Shown: piece after piece, positions 22,618-29,825 of the stretch | Layout: each line of letters opens with the position of its first letter | How positions within the stretch are numbered: the first letter of the stretch is position 1 | Source: a virus | Taxonomy: Duplodnaviria; Heunggongvirae; Uroviricota; Caudoviricetes | Strand: one strand, 5' to 3' | IMG/VR virus record: IMGVR_UViG_3300025936_000018 | DNA length: 32,331 nucleotides | Translations under genes and position numbers: made by a program | The notes under the pieces: generated by a model | The model's database searches: none | What the model was told of the DNA's origin: nothing | Seen by the model: only the letters and a program-made list of their open reading frames with translations

Positions 22618-23015
22618 TCCTGGTCGGAGTCCTCAGCGGACGGCTGCTCACCGTCGTCCGCGCCGTCCTCGGCGCCGGCGTCGGGCGCGTCGAACGGCTC
22701 GACAGGCTCGCCGTGCCGCGCACCCTGCGGCAGCTGCCGCTCGGAGCCCGCCTCGCCGTCGGACTCGGCGTGTGTGTGGCCGTCGGACTCGCCGTCCTCC
22801 GCGCCGTCGCCGGTCTCCTCGCCGTCGCTCGTCTCGCCGACGCCCGGCTCGGTGAAGCCGTCGTCGCCGGCGTCTGCGCCGTCGCCGTCGCCCTCGCCAC
22901 CGGTCTCGCCGTCCGTCTCGATGGCCTCCTGGCCCTCGATCGGCTCGACCGGACCGTCGCCCTGCTCGCCGTCGCCGGCGCCGTCCTGCTGGTCCTGCTC
23001 GACGTGCTCGTCCAT
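22614..23015 (-). CDS. Very acidic Gly/Asp/Glu low-complexity protein
   Basis: AAGGAG SD; about 47 of 133 residues D/E, no Lys, two Arg. Confidence 0.7.
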   Translation of the reverse strand: MDEHVEQDQQDGAGDGEQGDGPVEPIEGQEAIETDGETGGEGDGDGADAGDDGFTEPGVGETSDGEETGDGAEDGESDGHTHAESDGEAGSERQLPQGARHGEPVEPFDAPDAGAEDGADDGEQPSAEDSDQE

Positions 23016-23061
23016 GGTGGAGCTCCTTCGCTCGTGGGATTACGTCCGTTCCGGTACGACG

Positions 23062-23073
23062 ATACTACAACGA
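23062..23073 (-). promoter_or_regulatory. Degenerate late-type promoter (TCGTTG-TAGTAT)
   Basis: Overlaps methyltransferase TAG; about 45 nt before ATG 23015. Confidence 0.4.
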
Positions 23074-23739
23074 TCGGCCGCTTTTCCACCCGAAGATGTC
23101 CGGATGGACGACAGGTCTGACGTCGAGCCGCCAGTCCTCACGGAAGAGCGCCGAGTAGAGCGTGTCGATGTCGGAGAAGAGCATGAGATTCTGCCGGTAG
23201 CAAGGCTCGACGCGGTCGTCGTCCCAGAACCGCCAGCGTGGCCAGTCGGTGCACGCGAAGCCGTGCTCATGGAAGCGCACGCGCCAGTAGTCGGGCCACT
23301 GCTCGTTGAGATGGCCACCCTGACCGGGGATCGCCGCGGAGAAGAGCACGACCGGCGCGATCGAGCAGAGCCCGAGGACGAGCTCGTCGGCGTTTTCGGC
23401 CGGCAGCTGATCGGCGACCTCGAGGCAGACGGCGAGATCGAAGTTCGTCAAGCCGCCGTGGATGTCCGCGATCTGCGCGCGCTCGTGTGCGAGCTGCCGC
23501 GCCCACCGCTCGTCGGTGAGATCGACCGGGAGGAAGTCGAGCCGGTGTCCAGCACCGCTGGTCTCGAAGCGCCAGCTGTCGATCGACTGGTCGGCGACGA
23601 CAACGCTCGAGCCGAGCTCGTAGAACGCGCGGCCCCACCATCCTTCGCCGCCGCCGACGTCGATGACCGTCTCCGGAGCGAAGAGCTCCTTGATCACCGG
23701 CACAACCGCTGCGGCGCTCTCCTGGCAGATGGCGCTCAT
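23065..23739 (-). CDS. Class I SAM-dependent methyltransferase
   Basis: VIDVGGGEG, FDLAVCLEVA, VLFSAAIPGQGG, NEQWPDYW; ATG 23739 overlaps upstream stop. Confidence 0.82.
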   Translation of the reverse strand: MSAICQESAAAVVPVIKELFAPETVIDVGGGEGWWGRAFYELGSSVVVADQSIDSWRFETSGAGHRLDFLPVDLTDERWARQLAHERAQIADIHGGLTNFDLAVCLEVADQLPAENADELVLGLCSIAPVVLFSAAIPGQGGHLNEQWPDYWRVRFHEHGFACTDWPRWRFWDDDRVEPCYRQNLMLFSDIDTLYSALFREDWRLDVRPVVHPDIFGWKSGRSL

Positions 23740-23927
23740 CGGAGAACGAGCCAGACGAAGATGACGACCGCAAGCGTGCCGAATGCGCCAATGGCCGCGC
23801 CGAGGATGGTCGCGCCGGCGATCGCGCGCCGGTAGTGGTCGGGCGAGTGCCGGAAGAGCAGTACCGACGAGTAGACCCACCGATCGAGCCACGACCCGGT
23901 CCCGGACCGGACTCCGGTCTCGCTCAC
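23736..23927 (-). CDS. Small membrane protein
   Basis: C-terminal hydrophobic helix; coupled both ends. Confidence 0.6.
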   Translation of the reverse strand: MSETGVRSGTGSWLDRWVYSSVLLFRHSPDHYRRAIAGATILGAAIGAFGTLAVVIFVWLVLR

Positions 23928-24226
23928 GCCTCGAGCCTCTCTGCGAGGTCATCGAGTACGACGCAGCGTGGGCAGCGCGGCAATCCGCATGTCGGACAGA
24001 TCGCCGACTTCGAGTAGCCACAGGGCGCCGGGCCGAGCGCTTCGCCGCCGGATCCGCAGAGGATCACGCCGAAGTCTGAGATGTGGCAGAAGTCGTTGTC
24101 GGTCGCTTCGTCCAGCCATCGCGCGCGGCGCGAATCCACATGGTGCTCGATCCGCTCTTCGATCACACCGCGGCGCCAGACGTCGGTCGGAGCCACGGGC
24201 GTGCCGGCTTCGTCGCCTACCGGCAC
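23924..24226 (-). CDS. Hypothetical Cys-rich protein
   Basis: ICPTCGLPRCPRC. Confidence 0.6.
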   Translation of the reverse strand: MPVGDEAGTPVAPTDVWRRGVIEERIEHHVDSRRARWLDEATDNDFCHISDFGVILCGSGGEALGPAPCGYSKSAICPTCGLPRCPRCVVLDDLAERLEA

Positions 24227-24630
24227 GCCCCGCCCCTCTCATCCGTCGATGAGCCTTCCGTCACGGCGACGGGAAGATCCCAATGCTTCGGAGCCGACGC
24301 GTCGATCGCTGCGCAATGCGCCGCCATTGTCGAGCACTCGAGACAGTCTGGAGCAGGACCGGCCGGCTCGACCGCGGTGGCTCCGATCCGCAGTCCGCAG
24401 AGCGCGCTCAGAGCTGACGGATACGCGGCGTGCGCGACTCCGCCGACGGTCAGCGAGCCGAGGTGCTCCGTCGTGACCGCAATCTCCTCGGAGCTCGTGA
24501 TGATCGGCTTCGGCTTCCTCACGCGTCTCGGTCGTATCTTTACGCCGGGGTTCGCGCGACGCAATGCCTCGTGGAACGCGTCGAGCGCGCGATCGCCAGC
24601 GAGCCGGCGGTCCTCCGACCATTCCGTCAT
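24217..24630 (-). CDS. Hypothetical protein
   Basis: ATG 24630 overlaps upstream TGA; H...C...CLEC cluster. Confidence 0.6.
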   Translation of the reverse strand: MTEWSEDRRLAGDRALDAFHEALRRANPGVKIRPRRVRKPKPIITSSEEIAVTTEHLGSLTVGGVAHAAYPSALSALCGLRIGATAVEPAGPAPDCLECSTMAAHCAAIDASAPKHWDLPVAVTEGSSTDERGGACR

Positions 24631-25313
24631 AGCAGGGATGGCACGCCCTCCTTCTCCGCCCACTCGCGATGCGCGCGCGTGTGCGCCGCGTGCAGCCAGC
24701 GACTATCGACGACGCTGCGCATACGACTGTCCCGCCGAACGTGCGCGCGATAGATGGCGTCCTCAACGTGGACGATCTGAGCTCCTCGCGCGACGCACTT
24801 GAGCCAGAGAGCCCAGTCATCCCACGCTTCCCATTCATCGAAGCCGCCGAGCTCGAGCAACAGCCGACGCGGTGCGCCCGTCCCGATCACGCACTCGTTG
24901 AGTTTGGGCCAGCGACCGCGGTTCACGAGCTGCGCCCGCCCCGGCACGCCGTTTCGCACGTATCGAACGGCCGGCGCGAGAAGTGGGACCGGGCATAGTG
25001 GGCCGAGTCGAGTCGGCCGAGGTCCGCTCTCTGTTCGGACCGTCCCGCCCTGATTCGTGTACCGGTCGAGCGCGATCTTCATCGCGTCGAGATAGCCGTG
25101 CTCGAGCTCGTCGTCAGCGTCGAGAAACACTACGACGTCGCAGTCGGCCGAAGCGAGAATCCGGTTGCGCGCCTCCGCGAGCGTCGCGCCGGCGTGATGC
25201 TCGACGATGACCTCGTCGAATCCCTGGCTGCTCGCGGATGGATACGCGCGCGCCCATGCGAGCTCCGACCACGACTCGTCGCCGCACGTCGCGATCAGGC
25301 AGCTCCACGTCAA
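24627..25313 (-). CDS. GT2-like glycosyltransferase
   Basis: CLIATCG, ARNR, VFLDADD, GGFDEWEAWDDWALW; TTG 25313 overlaps upstream stop. Confidence 0.85.
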   Translation of the reverse strand: MTWSCLIATCGDESWSELAWARAYPSASSQGFDEVIVEHHAGATLAEARNRILASADCDVVVFLDADDELEHGYLDAMKIALDRYTNQGGTVRTESGPRPTRLGPLCPVPLLAPAVRYVRNGVPGRAQLVNRGRWPKLNECVIGTGAPRRLLLELGGFDEWEAWDDWALWLKCVARGAQIVHVEDAIYRAHVRRDSRMRSVVDSRWLHAAHTRAHREWAEKEGVPSLL

Positions 25314-25519
25314 AGGACGTGCTCCTGGATGCGCGCCATGAGGTGCTCGCCGCGCTCTTGGCTCGCCATCGCGTTCTGCCAGTTGCTCACGATGAGCTCG
25401 TTGATCTCCTCGGCTCTCGCGTGCACGACCTTCGCCCGGCTGTAGTAGATCGCTGCCCCGGCAAGACACGCAAGCCCGGCGAGGAAGAACACGCCGGCGA
25501 TGATCACGAGCGCCGTCAT
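25310..25519 (-). CDS. Small membrane protein
   Basis: N-terminal 24-aa hydrophobic helix. Confidence 0.65.
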   Translation of the reverse strand: MTALVIIAGVFFLAGLACLAGAAIYYSRAKVVHARAEEINELIVSNWQNAMASQERGEHLMARIQEHVL

Positions 25520-25785
25520 GCGCTGTCCGGTACGTCGGCGAACTGGATGCTCTGGATCGCGCCGGCCTCGCGCGCGGCCTTGACGTGATGGAACTCGGCG
25601 AACGCTGGCTCGGAGATGACGTAGTACTCGTCATCCTCGCCGTCGCTCTCGTACAGCGGCCGCACGACGACCATCGGCTCGTCGATGACCGCGATGACGC
25701 GATAGAAGAGCGGCTCGCCCTCCTCGATGTCGTCCTTCGTCAGGACCATCCCGGGCTCGACGTTGGAGCGGTGCCAGCTAGCCAT
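25516..25785 (-). CDS. Hypothetical protein
   Basis: Coupled ORF, high GC3. Confidence 0.65.
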   Translation of the reverse strand: MASWHRSNVEPGMVLTKDDIEEGEPLFYRVIAVIDEPMVVVRPLYESDGEDDEYYVISEPAFAEFHHVKAAREAGAIQSIQFADVPDSA

Positions 25786-25984
25786 CGAGCAGCGCCTTCC
25801 ACGCGTCGGGATCTCCGTCGGGCCCGGTGAAGTGGACGTCGGACGCGTCGACGATCAGGTAGCCGGAGCCGTCATCGGTGCCGCGGTGCTCGAACACGAT
25901 CACCCACTTGAACGGCTCCGCGATCGCCGCGACCTCGACGATCTTCGCGCCCTCGAGCTCTGACACGCCCGGTGCCGTCGCCAT
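25778..25984 (-). CDS. Hypothetical protein
   Basis: TGATG overlap at 25984; C-terminal part of track ORF 25778..26083. Confidence 0.6.
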   Translation of the reverse strand: MATAPGVSELEGAKIVEVAAIAEPFKWVIVFEHRGTDDGSGYLIVDASDVHFTGPDGDPDAWKALLDG

Positions 25985-26220
25985 CAGCAGACCATCAGGT
26001 AGTGAGAACGGCCGGACGTCACCTCGCACGGACATGGATTCGTCTCGCCGCTGGCGAAGTTCGGCGCGTCGTCGATCTTCCAACCGCTCGAGAGCCCGGT
26101 CGGGTTGACGGCGTTCACGGCGAGCTCGATCTCTTCGCTGCTCGCGCCGTCCGGAACGCAGACCGAGCAGTGCACGGCGCCGTTGCGGTAGATCGAGACG
26201 TCCTCAGGCTTCAGGGTCAT
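25984..26220 (-). CDS. Small Cys-rich hypothetical protein
   Basis: HCSVC...NPCPC...HYLMVC. Confidence 0.7.
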   Translation of the reverse strand: MTLKPEDVSIYRNGAVHCSVCVPDGASSEEIELAVNAVNPTGLSSGWKIDDAPNFASGETNPCPCEVTSGRSHYLMVC

Positions 26221-26935
26221 GCGCCTCGATCTCGATTCCGACTTGCGGGTTGGCGTCGGACGGGAAGAGCTCGTCGCCGTAGACCGATCCGTCGAAGCGC
26301 TCGAACACGCGGATCAGGAAGTCGTCCCACGTCTCTCCCTCGAGCGGCTCGCCGCACTCGCGCTTGACGTCGGCGAGGTCTACGAAGTGGCGCTCCGTCA
26401 CGCTCGAGACGAGCACGAACAACCGCCGGCGCGGATCCTCCGACCACTCGGCGACCGGCTCGGGCCAGACGTCGAGAACGGCCGCATCGCCGTCGACACC
26501 GAGCGCCTCGCGCACGTCCTTCGCACGCGTCACGCGCCGGAGCAGCTCGTCGTCGGCGACGTTGGCCGGCTGCGGCGTGGCCTCCGGCAGCTTCATCCGG
26601 ATCTGGCCGAGCCAGTCGCCGGTGTCGCAGCCGATCCGCTGTAGGAAGCGCAGCGCTTGCAGGAGGTTCGCGACCTCGTAGTCGTCGAGCGCCACGAGAT
26701 GATCGCTTGCCGCGATCGGCTCGAGCAGCTTTTCGGCGTCGGCCTTCCAATCGTTGAGCCACTCGTTGACGACGCCGGCGCGGCAGAAGGCGTTGCGAAG
26801 ATCGGCGCGGCACAGGTTGCAGTCGTCCGGCCGCTCGGTGAGATCGAGATGCGTGTGGACGACGCAGTTCGTGACGGTAGTGCCGCCGGCGTAGGCGCGC
26901 TCGAGCAGCGCGCGCGCGTCAGCTGGAGAGATCAC
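26204..26935 (-). CDS. Hypothetical protein
   Basis: GTGA overlap, 243 aa, high GC3. Confidence 0.65.
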   Translation of the reverse strand: MISPADARALLERAYAGGTTVTNCVVHTHLDLTERPDDCNLCRADLRNAFCRAGVVNEWLNDWKADAEKLLEPIAASDHLVALDDYEVANLLQALRFLQRIGCDTGDWLGQIRMKLPEATPQPANVADDELLRRVTRAKDVREALGVDGDAAVLDVWPEPVAEWSEDPRRRLFVLVSSVTERHFVDLADVKRECGEPLEGETWDDFLIRVFERFDGSVYGDELFPSDANPQVGIEIEAHDPEA

Positions 26936-27111
26936 CTGCTGCTACTCCGCACCCGCTCGAAGAGCTCGGCCGTGAGATCAACGACGCGCGCGCCGCGCAC
27001 GCGCTCAACGACCTTCTCGACAAGGCTCGCGTGCTCTTCGCGTTCAACCGGCGACTCTTCCGCGCCGGACGCGGCGAGCAGCCGGTCCTTCAAGTCTTGT
27101 CCCTCGGACAT
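26932..27111 (-). CDS. Small hypothetical protein, 59 aa, probably leaderless
   Basis: MSEGQDLKDRLLAASG...; ATG 7 nt after TACATT; not in ORF track. Confidence 0.55.
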   Translation of the reverse strand: MSEGQDLKDRLLAASGAEESPVEREEHASLVEKVVERVRGARVVDLTAELFERVRSSSR

Positions 27112-27118
27112 TGCTACG

Positions 27119-27124
27119 AATGTA
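27119..27124 (-). promoter_or_regulatory. -10 box TACATT for leaderless transcript
   Basis: TACATT-CGTAGCA-ATG parallels TATATT-CGTACG-ATG at 2286. Confidence 0.5.
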
Positions 27125-27128
27125 CTAG

Positions 27129-28046
27129 TCAGCGACGCGCAAGTCTAGTCCAGAGGTTGCGCCGCGACACGAAGAGCCGGCGGTCCTGCGTGACGAACGA
27201 CTGGCCGATCTCGTAGGTCGCGTCCATCGGTGCGCCCTTCCAGATCGGGTGGAAGTGCTCCACGATCGCGTCGTGCGCGTGCGCGTATGTGCCGCGCGCT
27301 CGCGCCGTCTCGACGAGCTCGGTGTCGACGTACCAATGCCGGTACCCCTCATGGCAGACGAGATCGGTCTGGTCGATCGTGCCGCACGCCCAGTAGTCGC
27401 GATTCACGGCGGGATGGGTCGAGTGGCGGCCGGCGAGCACGAGCCTGTTGTGCAGGTCGTTCGTGCCGATCACGCAGCAGTCGGTCTCGGCGTGCTTCGC
27501 GAGCACGGCGTCGTACCAGCCGGCGCGCGGAAGGACGTCGTCAGCGCCGAGCAGCGCCCACTCGTAGCCGCCGGGAAGGACGCGCTCGCGGAAGCCGAGG
27601 TTGATCTTCCGGGCCCAACTCTCGAGCTCGGCCGGCAGCGTGACGTAGTCGACCTCGAGCCGCTCGAGCTCGGCGAGCTCATCTTCGTCGCCTTCGGTCG
27701 CGACGTAAAGCACGTCGACGCGCGGGTCGGCGAGCTCATCGAGCGCATCGAGCATCGGCTCGACACGATGCGGACGCGCCAGCGTCGGGACGATGATCAG
27801 GATCCGCGGCTCGGCGTCCTCCTCGATCTCCTCGTCATCGGTCGTCTCGTCGCGGAGATGGTCAGGCGTGAATGCCTCGACGATCGAATGTGTGCCGTCC
27901 TGCGGGACCGGCGAGCAGCACTCCGGGCATGGCATCCCGGCTCCGCCGCAGTCGCAGCCGCCGTCGACCAGCTCGCCCCACGGCCGGTCGGGATGGTTCT
28001 CGCAGACGTGGCCCGAGTCCTTGCAGACCTCGCACGTGAACGGCAT
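27129..28046 (-). CDS. GT2-like glycosyltransferase with N-terminal Cys-rich domain
   Basis: CEVC..GHVCENHP...CDCGGAGMPCPEC then ILIIVPTLARP, LLGADDV, HEGYRHWYVD, EHFHP; TAATG overlap at 28046. Confidence 0.82.
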   Translation of the reverse strand: MPFTCEVCKDSGHVCENHPDRPWGELVDGGCDCGGAGMPCPECCSPVPQDGTHSIVEAFTPDHLRDETTDDEEIEEDAEPRILIIVPTLARPHRVEPMLDALDELADPRVDVLYVATEGDEDELAELERLEVDYVTLPAELESWARKINLGFRERVLPGGYEWALLGADDVLPRAGWYDAVLAKHAETDCCVIGTNDLHNRLVLAGRHSTHPAVNRDYWACGTIDQTDLVCHEGYRHWYVDTELVETARARGTYAHAHDAIVEHFHPIWKGAPMDATYEIGQSFVTQDRRLFVSRRNLWTRLARR

Positions 28047-28300
28047 TAGGCCAGACTCTCGCGGCACATGACGCAGCGACGATACACGGTTCCACGACTC
28101 GTTTTCAACATGCCGGCGTGAATGGCTGCGTGCCGGAAGAGCACGAGACGGATCTGCTGTCGGTTGCCGCGGCGCTCGCCGGCCGTGCGGTCGGCTAGCT
28201 GCCAGAGATCGAACGCGGTGACCGGCTCCGGAGACGTTCCGAGCCGCATCGCGTTCGCGGCCGTGAGCAGCGTGTCGCCCGGGGCGAGACCGATCTTCAC
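28046..28300 (-). CDS. Hypothetical protein, probably leaderless
   Basis: GTG 28300, 7 nt after TACGCT (28308-28313); ends RRCVMCRESLA. Confidence 0.55.
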   Translation of the reverse strand: MKIGLAPGDTLLTAANAMRLGTSPEPVTAFDLWQLADRTAGERRGNRQQIRLVLFRHAAIHAGMLKTSRGTVYRRCVMCRESLA

Positions 28301-28324
28301 TCGACGAAGCGTACGCCGGACCCA

Positions 28325-28358
28325 GAAAACACGAAGCGCCCCGATGAAGGGGCGCCTC
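28325..28358 (-). terminator. Intrinsic terminator
   Basis: GAGGCGCCCC-TTCATC-GGGGCGCTTC (10 bp, one G-U) followed by GTGTTTTCT. Confidence 0.7.
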
Positions 28359-28392
28359 GCGCGGCAAGGAACAGCACATGCACGCGTCGGTG

Positions 28393-28405
28393 ATTCTACG
28401 ACGGG
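28393..28405 (-). promoter_or_regulatory. Putative late promoter (CCCGTCG-TAGAAT)
   Basis: Repeated motif; overlaps TAG of the upstream ORF. Confidence 0.65.
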
Positions 28406-28665
28406 GCGTCGGCGAGGCTCATCGCGTCCGACGCGGAGCAGTAGACCGCGGCGCTCGTGATGTCCTGCCATGCCACGTTCGAGACCGCCACGCCGGACGC
28501 GTTGATCGCTCCGCTGAAACCCGCGAACGTGTGGCTGTCCGCGTACGTGTTGCCGGCCGTATCGGCGAGCGTCCACTGCTGCGGATCGAGGTTGCCGAGG
28601 AAGGAACCGCCGGCGGCCAGCGCGATCGGCTGCTCGGGCTCGTCCCACCGCTCGTTGATCGGCAG
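28396..28665 (-). CDS. Hypothetical protein, 89 aa, apparent CTG start
   Basis: GAGGAGGG SD 5 nt before CTG; LPINERWDEPEQPIALAAGGSFLGNLDPQQW...; strong GC3 bias; fills the gap exactly; absent from ORF track. Confidence 0.6.
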   Translation of the reverse strand: MPINERWDEPEQPIALAAGGSFLGNLDPQQWTLADTAGNTYADSHTFAGFSGAINASGVAVSNVAWQDITSAAVYCSASDAMSLADAPS

Positions 28666-28676
28666 TAGAGCCCTCC

Positions 28677-28898
28677 TCAGAAAGGGCGGACCGCTACCAC
28701 CACGCGATCGAGCTTCCCTCCCTCGGCGTACTCGTCCGGGATCGCTCGAGCGGCGATCATCTGCGCCTGGCTGTCGTTCCGCGCGACGATCGTCGTCGGC
28801 TTCACGAGAACCTGCGCCTCTTCGACGATCTCGTTGTCGCGGTCTCGCTTCTCGTTCAGGACAATCGCGTACTCGTAGAGTTGCGCGGCTGCGTCCAT
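28677..28898 (-). CDS. Small phage protein
   Basis: GAGGAG SD; LYEYAIV...AARAIP...VAVRPF. Confidence 0.78.
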   Translation of the reverse strand: MDAAAQLYEYAIVLNEKRDRDNEIVEEAQVLVKPTTIVARNDSQAQMIAARAIPDEYAEGGKLDRVVVAVRPF

Positions 28899-28912
28899 CG
28901 GTGTCTCCTCTC

Positions 28913-28947
28913 GTTGCGTTGTGTTGCGGGGTGCTGCGGGGTGTTGC
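28913..28947. repeat. Four GTTGC/GCTGC pentamers at exact 10-bp spacing
   Basis: Copies at 28913, 28923, 28933, 28943 in an intergenic gap. Confidence 0.75.
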
Positions 28948-28957
28948 TAGCCGGATC

Positions 28958-29155
28958 CTACGCCGGCGCGCGGCCGTTGCTTGACGCGCCGGCCGCGAGA
29001 GCTCGAGCGTGGAGCTCGGTCGCGGTCGGGCCCATGCCGACGCGGAGCGGGTCCATCTCGAGCGATTTGCTGACGTTGCGGAGAGCAGTCGCCGCCTTGA
29101 CCTCCTCGGAGGCGTCCGGCGGCGGCTGCTCGTAGCGGTAGCTGTACTCGGTCAA
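28958..29155 (-). CDS. Small hypothetical protein
   Basis: TTGA overlap with holin-like stop. Confidence 0.55.
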   Translation of the reverse strand: MTEYSYRYEQPPPDASEEVKAATALRNVSKSLEMDPLRVGMGPTATELHARALAAGASSNGRAPA

Positions 29156-29616
29156 GCCGGCGGCGATCCTGGCTTGATCGGCTCATGCGGCCGCGCCGGC
29201 TCGGCCAGACCGTGCTGAGGCCACGGCGATTCCCCGGACGTCAGCGCACCCTGGAGACCACGGAGGCCGGCGGACGCGGCGCCGATGAGCGCAGCGGTCG
29301 CGAGCGCGGTGCCGGTGCCGAGGCTGTGCGCCATGAACACGCCGGGTAGCGTCACGCAGAGCGACCCGGCGAACGCTCGGAGCGCGGAGTCGACGTAGAC
29401 GCCGACGCTGCCGAGGTAGTGCGCGACTGAGAGCGACGGAACGTACGCCTGGATTGCGCGGATGCCGGCGGCGATCGACGCGCCGAGGCCGGCGACGGCG
29501 AGCAGCTCGGCGCCGCGGATCGTGGGCGCGGCGAGGATTCCGGGCGCGAGAACGATCAGTGCCCCACCGAAGGCTCGCAGGAACGAGCGGCCGGCAGCTG
29601 AGAGCCATGAGCGCAT
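29152..29616 (-). CDS. Holin-like membrane protein with internal duplication
   Basis: GGAGGAG SD before ATG 29616; two LRAF-initiated hydrophobic hairpins reminiscent of r1t-type holins. Confidence 0.55.
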   Translation of the reverse strand: MRSWLSAAGRSFLRAFGGALIVLAPGILAAPTIRGAELLAVAGLGASIAAGIRAIQAYVPSLSVAHYLGSVGVYVDSALRAFAGSLCVTLPGVFMAHSLGTGTALATAALIGAASAGLRGLQGALTSGESPWPQHGLAEPARPHEPIKPGSPPA

Positions 29617-29641
29617 GTCTACTCCTCCGTTCGAGCGGTGA

Positions 29642-29803
29642 TCACGACTCGCCTCTCTCGGCGCGCTTGCGATCATCGAGCTCGCAGTTCTCACGGAAGC
29701 GCGTCAGCGCGTCGCCGAGATCCTTCAGCAGCGCCTCGAGCCTCGCGAGATCGCCCAGGTCGGGGCGGATACGGACGAAGCACTCATCGAGCGGCTCTGC
29801 CAT
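29642..29803 (-). CDS. Small hypothetical protein, 53 aa
   Basis: MAEPLDECFVRIRPDLGDL...; ATG 9 nt after TAGAAT; not in ORF track. Confidence 0.5.
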   Translation of the reverse strand: MAEPLDECFVRIRPDLGDLARLEALLKDLGDALTRFRENCELDDRKRAERGES

Positions 29804-29812
29804 CGGCCGCAG

Positions 29813-29825
29813 ATTCTAGGACGGC
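29813..29825 (-). promoter_or_regulatory. Putative late promoter (GCCGTCC-TAGAAT) upstream of holin-like gene
   Basis: Repeated motif in intergenic gap. Confidence 0.6.

Noticed and set aside
18503-27135. 11-bp repeat TCGCTGACTAG at two gene ends (18503, 27125)
   Set aside because: Exact 11-mers are expected by chance in 32 kb; different frames and spacing to nearby -10 boxes
27129-28379. ORF-track starts extending far upstream (also 23065..24021, 24627..25634, 20816..22324, 11316..12074)
   Set aside because: Extensions overlap other coupled genes; ATGA/GTGA/TTGA/TAATG overlaps indicate the shorter starts used above
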